Made by a program: the position numbers and the translations under genes. Of a DNA stretch of 64,000 bases, positions 58,643 through 64,000 are shown one piece after another. How positions within the stretch are numbered: position 1 is the stretch's first letter; every line of letters starts with the position of its first letter. Origin of the DNA: the human T2T-CHM13v2.0 reference genome, Homo sapiens; assembly GCF_009914755.1 (NCBI RefSeq), contig NC_060937.1; one strand, written 5' to 3'. The notes under the pieces are model-generated. The model was not told where the DNA came from. It ran no database searches and worked only from the letters and a program-made list of their open reading frames with translations.

Positions 58643-61600
58643 CTGGAGTTGTAAAAAAAAATCATGGCTAATTAAAATAAGATAACTTTAGCCAACATTA
58701 AAAGCCTATTATCCTGTGAAGTTAGTTTTGTAAAGATTACAATAAATGTGTGTAGTTAACAAAGAGGTTTCTTTTTCATCATTTGCAAGTCAAAACTTTA
58801 GCTTTCTTTGTATATAATCATGAAAATTTTATGTTAAAAAGTACATAGTAATCATCTGGCCTAGGAATATCTATATCTTTCACACAATGCATTTCACTCA
58901 TCATTTAAAGAAATTTATTCTCTCTGGTTTCCATGATCTGCTGGCTGATATCTGACCTGCACACCAGGACACCCAGCAAGCTTTTCATTATCAGCATCCT
59001 CATGCTCAGTTTCTTATTACTTATTTCTCAAGTATGGTATATTTCATGATTAAAGAAGCTAAACAAAAATAACAGAGAAAATTGGCATCACAAGTAGGCT
59101 ATAATATCCAGGGGAAATAATTTTGTATTTTCTTGCTTGGAAATCACTAAGCAGTTGATAGAAACATCAAAATCCAATATGTGATACTTTTGTTTTTACA
59201 TCTGGGAACATGGTAAAAGCAGCCCAAATTTTGTTGTACCAATTTTCTTTCTTGATTAAATGACTTACAGAGTGGCACTCAGGAAGGCCAATAAAGACGA
59301 TCTGTTACTTTTGTTAAAAAATGAGGGAATGACATGCAGAGTCCCTGTATGTTAGCCAGGACATCAGCCAAACTGGACTGGCTCTTACGCTCTGGGCTCC
59401 TTACATAAAATGTAACTTGCACATAATAAATGCTGTGAGCTTACTAAGAAAGCAAGGGTAAACATATGAAAATAAACATTTACAAACAAAAAAAGCATAG
59501 TCCCCTGTTTACATTTCAGAAAAAAATAATTTTATTTTGAAAATTGTCTGTAGTGGAAAAAGTACATATAAAATGGCTCTCTGAATAAATGCACATTTTT
59601 GAATATCTTAGTAGGCCTACTGCTGAATCACTCTATGGATATCGTAAACTATCATGCATGACATATTCATGAGCATCTGAACAACTAAATTATTCAGAAA
59701 ACAGAAAGGAAAGGAACAGTCTTAATGTTTTTAACAAGAAAGTAAAACTATTAAGTTTATTTGCACCAGGAAATTTCTTGACTTTTGTGGCAGTGCAGGG
59801 GCAAAAGTGGGGGGGCGTCAGGTGTTTGAGAATAATTTGCAGGAGAATTCTTAGTGTTAAATATGTAGCTGAAAATAACTTTTCTCACTAAAATACTATT
59901 CATAAAATCTTCTATATTTCTGATCTTTCTTTCTAATGAAGGACTTACATGCATTTATTCTACAAAAACTCAGAGTGTTTTCTTTGTAGATAAAAATGTA
60001 CAGATATGTAAAAATGTAAGAAATATTTATATGCATTCACTTTTGTGTTAGCTGTAAAAGTATCTGTGAGAACATTCTCTACTATATCTCCCAGATCTAA
60101 TTCCCAGTGACAGATATTTTCCTTGAGTTTAGGATAAAGATAAATTTGTCTTCACTGAGAAGCATAATTTTCCTCCCATTATTCTTCAAGGTTGGAGTAA
60201 TGTTTTATGTTTCTCCCTTCCCCATGTCTCTTGGGAAACTCAAGGCTAAATATTATGGTCAAATATAATAGCTGTATTTTTTTTCCATCTGTTTGTCATG
60301 TTAGCTTTTATCTCTTTTTCAAACTTGATTTCTACCTTGTTCTCCTACCCTCAATTTTGTCTAAAACTTAATTTTATTTTCTTGGCTTTATAGATGCTTT
60401 AAATCTCTTTTCTCTATTCAGAGAGTCAATGAGTATTGAACCTAGACAAGTATCGATCAAATACCTTGCTTGTGTGTATTATTTGTCAAGGAATTACTGT
60501 TTTCCACTCTGAGACTTCCTTTTCCTTATCAGCTAGATGAATGCCTGCCCATCCCTAAAGGCTGAGCTCAAGAATTTCTCCTTCTGTGCTCCTTTCTCTC
60601 ATCTATAAAGCAGAGGTGATCACTTTGTAGCAGCACTGCACCTGCCTCTGTGGATTCACTCATCACACAGCATCTTTCTGTTTGCATCTGTCTGTGTTTA
60701 TAGATTATCAGCCTCTTTCGAGTAATGGCTACACGTCTTTCACGTTTCTATGACCAATATCTAGTCTCTGGTAGGTCAATACCAGACAAGCAGTAGGTAT
60801 TAACCAATGTGTGTAGATGGTAAAAATAAATTGATGAATTTTAAAATAATGAAAAAATTGAATATTTTGGAAGTGTTTATAATAGTAAATACACTGATTG
60901 GCAAGCATCCGTTGTGTTCCCCCTGAATAACGTCATACTGTGAGTTTTTAGGGGACAGGAGGAGGACATAATAGTACTTACTCGGCTAGGGATACAAAAT
61001 TCCAATTTGTGATATTTTCAAGAAATTAACTGTCCTGAGAGGGTCAAAATTAATATGAGTTTAATAGTTAATAATTTTTGAAACGTGGAATGATCTTAAC
61101 AATACGCATTCTCTGTTGGGTGGTAAAACCGATTAAGCTATGATATGAAGAAAAAACAGCAAAAGTGGTTTATTCAAAGAATGGTAACAAGATCTGTTTG
61201 AAAGGCTGGAAAGGTGGGTGATAATTAAAGATCAGTGGACAATATGATTAAGTAGTTGTGTGGATGACCATTAGAAGGTAGGAGTCAGATTATGGGAATG
61301 CCCTAAGACTCAGAGAAAGTTATATTTGATGTTAATAGAAAGCTATTGTTCAGTTTTGAACAAGAGATTAACTTGATTAAAAAGTAAATTTGTTGAGAAT
61401 GGTATAAAGAGTATATTAGAGCCTTATAAACTAGAGAGAGATTATGCAAGAGACATTAGAAATCCAGGTATAGGAAGAAAGAGGCCAAGATTAGAGTGTT
61501 TACAACCCAAATTGAGCAAAAATATCGATCTGGAAAATGTTTCAAGGCAAAAATCATGAGCCATATTAGATGATATGGTGTGGGTGAATAATAATCCTAC

Positions 61601-61879
61601 TTAAAAGTCAAAACCTCACCATATAAATATTGAAAATTAATAAATTCGATATATGCTATTCCAGTGTTAGCCTTGAATACCATAAATCAGTAAAGGAAAT
61701 GTAATTCCCTGATGTTCAACGATGCTAGACATCGATCTTTTCCTGTAATTGTTTGACATGAAGGATAATTCGCACTCATTATTTTAATATTGATTATTTG
61801 TAAAGCTGTAGTTTATAGACTTTGCAAGTGATTATAACAGAATTGTTCATCTGCGCATAATATACCCACCCAAGAAAGG

Positions 61880-62227
61880 GTTTATGCTCATCTACTGAGG
61901 TTGCCATAATAAAACATCACATACGGGAAAACTAAACAAAAACTTATTTTCTCACAGTTCTAGATGGTGGAAGTCCGAGATCAAGATGTTAGCAGGTATT
62001 GTTTCTCCTGAGACTTTTCTCCTTTGTTTGTAGATGGTCTCTCCACTGTGTGTGCATGCACCTTTCATGTCTCTTCCTTTCTTACAAAGACACAAGTCTA
62101 TTGGATCCTCATTTTAACTTAACCTTCTCTTTAAAGACTTTCTCTTCCAATATCGTTACACTATGAGGTACTGGGGATTGGGATTTCAATGTATGAATTT
62201 TAAGTAGACATCACTCAGCCAATAACA
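61880..62227 (-). mobile_element. MLT1A/B-like MaLR LTR
   Basis: GCCATAATAAAACATCAC..TCTCACAGTTCTAG..AAGTCCGAGATCAAGATG..CAGCCAATAACA. Confidence 0.8.
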
Positions 62228-62259
62228 AGATTTATGGCAGATTTTTTAAACACAATATT

Positions 62260-62624
62260 TGATATAGCTTGGCTCTGTGTCGCCACCCAAATTTCATCTT
62301 GAATTATAGCTCCTATAATTCCCATGTGTTGTGGGAGGGATCTGGTGGGAGATAATTGAATCATGGAGGTGTTTTTCCCCTATACTGTTCTCATGGTAGT
62401 CAATAAGTCTCTTGAGATCTGATGGTTGTATAAGTGGCAACCCCTTTCACTTGACTTTTATTCTCTCTTTGCCAGCTGCCATGAATTTTGTCCCTCTGCT
62501 CTTCCTTCATCTTCCACCATGATTGTGAGGCCTCCCGAGCCATGTGGAACTGTGAGTCAATTAAACTTCTTTTCTTTATAAATTACTCAGTCTCCAGTAC
62601 ACAGCATGAAAATGGACTAAGACA
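62260..62624 (+). mobile_element. THE1 (B/C-like) 5' LTR
   Basis: TGATATAGCTTGGCTCTGTGTCGCCACCCAAAT...CCATGATTGTGAGGCCTCCC...AATGGACTAAGACA. Confidence 0.92.
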
Positions 62625-64000
62625 CTAAATTGGTACCAGTAGAGTGGAGTGCTGCTGTTAAGATACTCGGAAATGTGGAAGCAACTTTGGAACTGGATAA
62701 CAGACAGAAGCTGTAACAATTTGGAGGGCTCAGAAGAAGACGGGAAAATTTAGGAAAGTTTGGAACTTCCTAGAGCCTTGTTGAATGGCTTTGACCAAAA
62801 TGCTGATAACTATCGACTATGAAATCCAGACTGAGGTAGTCTCAGATGGAGATGAGGAACTTGTTAGGAACTGGAGTAAACATGACTCTTGCTATGCTTT
62901 AGCAGAGACTGGTGGCATTTTGCTCCTGCCCTAGAGATTTGTGGGACTTCAAACTTGAGGGAAATGATTTAGGGTATCTGATGGAAGAAATTTCTAAGCA
63001 GCAAAGCCTTCAAGAGGTTACTTGGATGCTGTTAAAAGGATTCAGTTTTAAAAGGGAAACAGAGCATAAAAGTTCAGAAAATTTGCAGCTTGATGATGCA
63101 GTAGGAAAGAAAACCCCATTTTCTGAGGAGAAATTCAAGCTGGCTGCAGAAATCTGTGTAAGTAATGAGGAGCCAAATATTAATCACCAAGGCAATGGCG
63201 AAAATGTCTCCAGGACATGTCAGAGACTTTTGTGGCAGCCCCTTGCACCACAGGCACTGAGGCCTAGAAGGAAAAAATGGTTTCTTGGGCCGGGACCAAG
63301 CCCCCCTCTACTGTGTCCAGCCTAGGGAATTGGTGCCCTGCCTCCCAGCTACTCTAGCCATGGCTAAAAGGGGCCAAGGTATAGCTTGGGCTGTGGCTTC
63401 AGAGTGTGCAAGCCCCAGGTCTTGGAAGGTTCCAGGTGGTATTGAGCCTGCAGGTGCACAGAAGTCAAGAACTGAGGTTTAGGAACCTCTGCCTAAATTT
63501 CAGAGGATATATGGAAACACCTGGATGTCCAGGCAGAAGTTTAATGCAGGGGCAGGGTTCTCAAGGAAAACCTCTGCTAGGGCAGTGCAGAAGGAAAACA
63601 TGGGGTCAGAGGCCCCACACAGAGTCCCTACTGGGGCACTAGTGGAGTCCCTAGTGGAACTGTGAGAAGAGGGCCACTGTCCGACCCCAGAATGGCAGAT
63701 CTACCAACACCTTGCACTGTTCACCTAGAAAAGCCACACACACTCAACACCAACTCATGAAAGCAGCCAAGAAGGTGGTTGCACCCTGCAAAGCCACAGG
63801 GGTGGTGTTGCCCAAGACCATGGGAATCCACCTCTTGCATCAGTGTGACATGGATGTGAGATATGGAGTCAAAGGAGATCATTTTGGAGCTTCAAGTTTT
63901 GACTGCCCTGCTGGATTTTGAACTTGCATGGAGCCTTGGCCCCTGCATTTTGGCCAATTTCTCCCATTTGGAATGGCTGTATTTACCCAATGCATGTAAC
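62625..64000 (+). mobile_element. THE1-int (MaLR internal region), continuing beyond the window
   Basis: TAAATTGGTACCAGTAGAGTGG directly after the LTR; degenerate MaLR internal ORF peptide (AFCSCPRDLWDFKLE..GYLMEEISKQQS). Confidence 0.92.

Noticed and set aside
62912-63921. ORFs of 65-137 aa at the right edge
   Set aside because: Fragments of the degenerate THE1 internal ORF.

Overview
AT-rich great-ape (human-like) intronic/intergenic DNA with no recognisable host protein-coding gene, RNA gene, CpG-island promoter or CRISPR array. Nearly every ORF in the track derives from a repeat or arises by chance. The window is dominated by transposable elements: a compact SVA (2347-3524), a full-length decayed L1PA5/6-like element with an AluY in ORF1 and an open antisense ORF0 (49922-56347), several 5'-truncated L1s, Alus, a FRAM-like monomer, MaLR/ERV1 LTRs (including a doubly nested MLT1), a THE1 provirus running off the right edge, and old L2/MIR/hAT fragments. 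I found no convincing new biological system. The most unusual signals are local DNA-repair or template-switch scars: a ~1 kb AT-rich array bracketed by inverted arms (PATRR-like), a copy of one arm pasted 1.4 kb away with a snap-back end, an inverted duplication at an L1 5' junction, an L1 with extra sequence before its TSD, and a tandem duplication with a patchwork junction. Subfamily names are recalled from consensus sequences and need RepeatMasker/Dfam confirmation. Boundaries of old elements are approximate.
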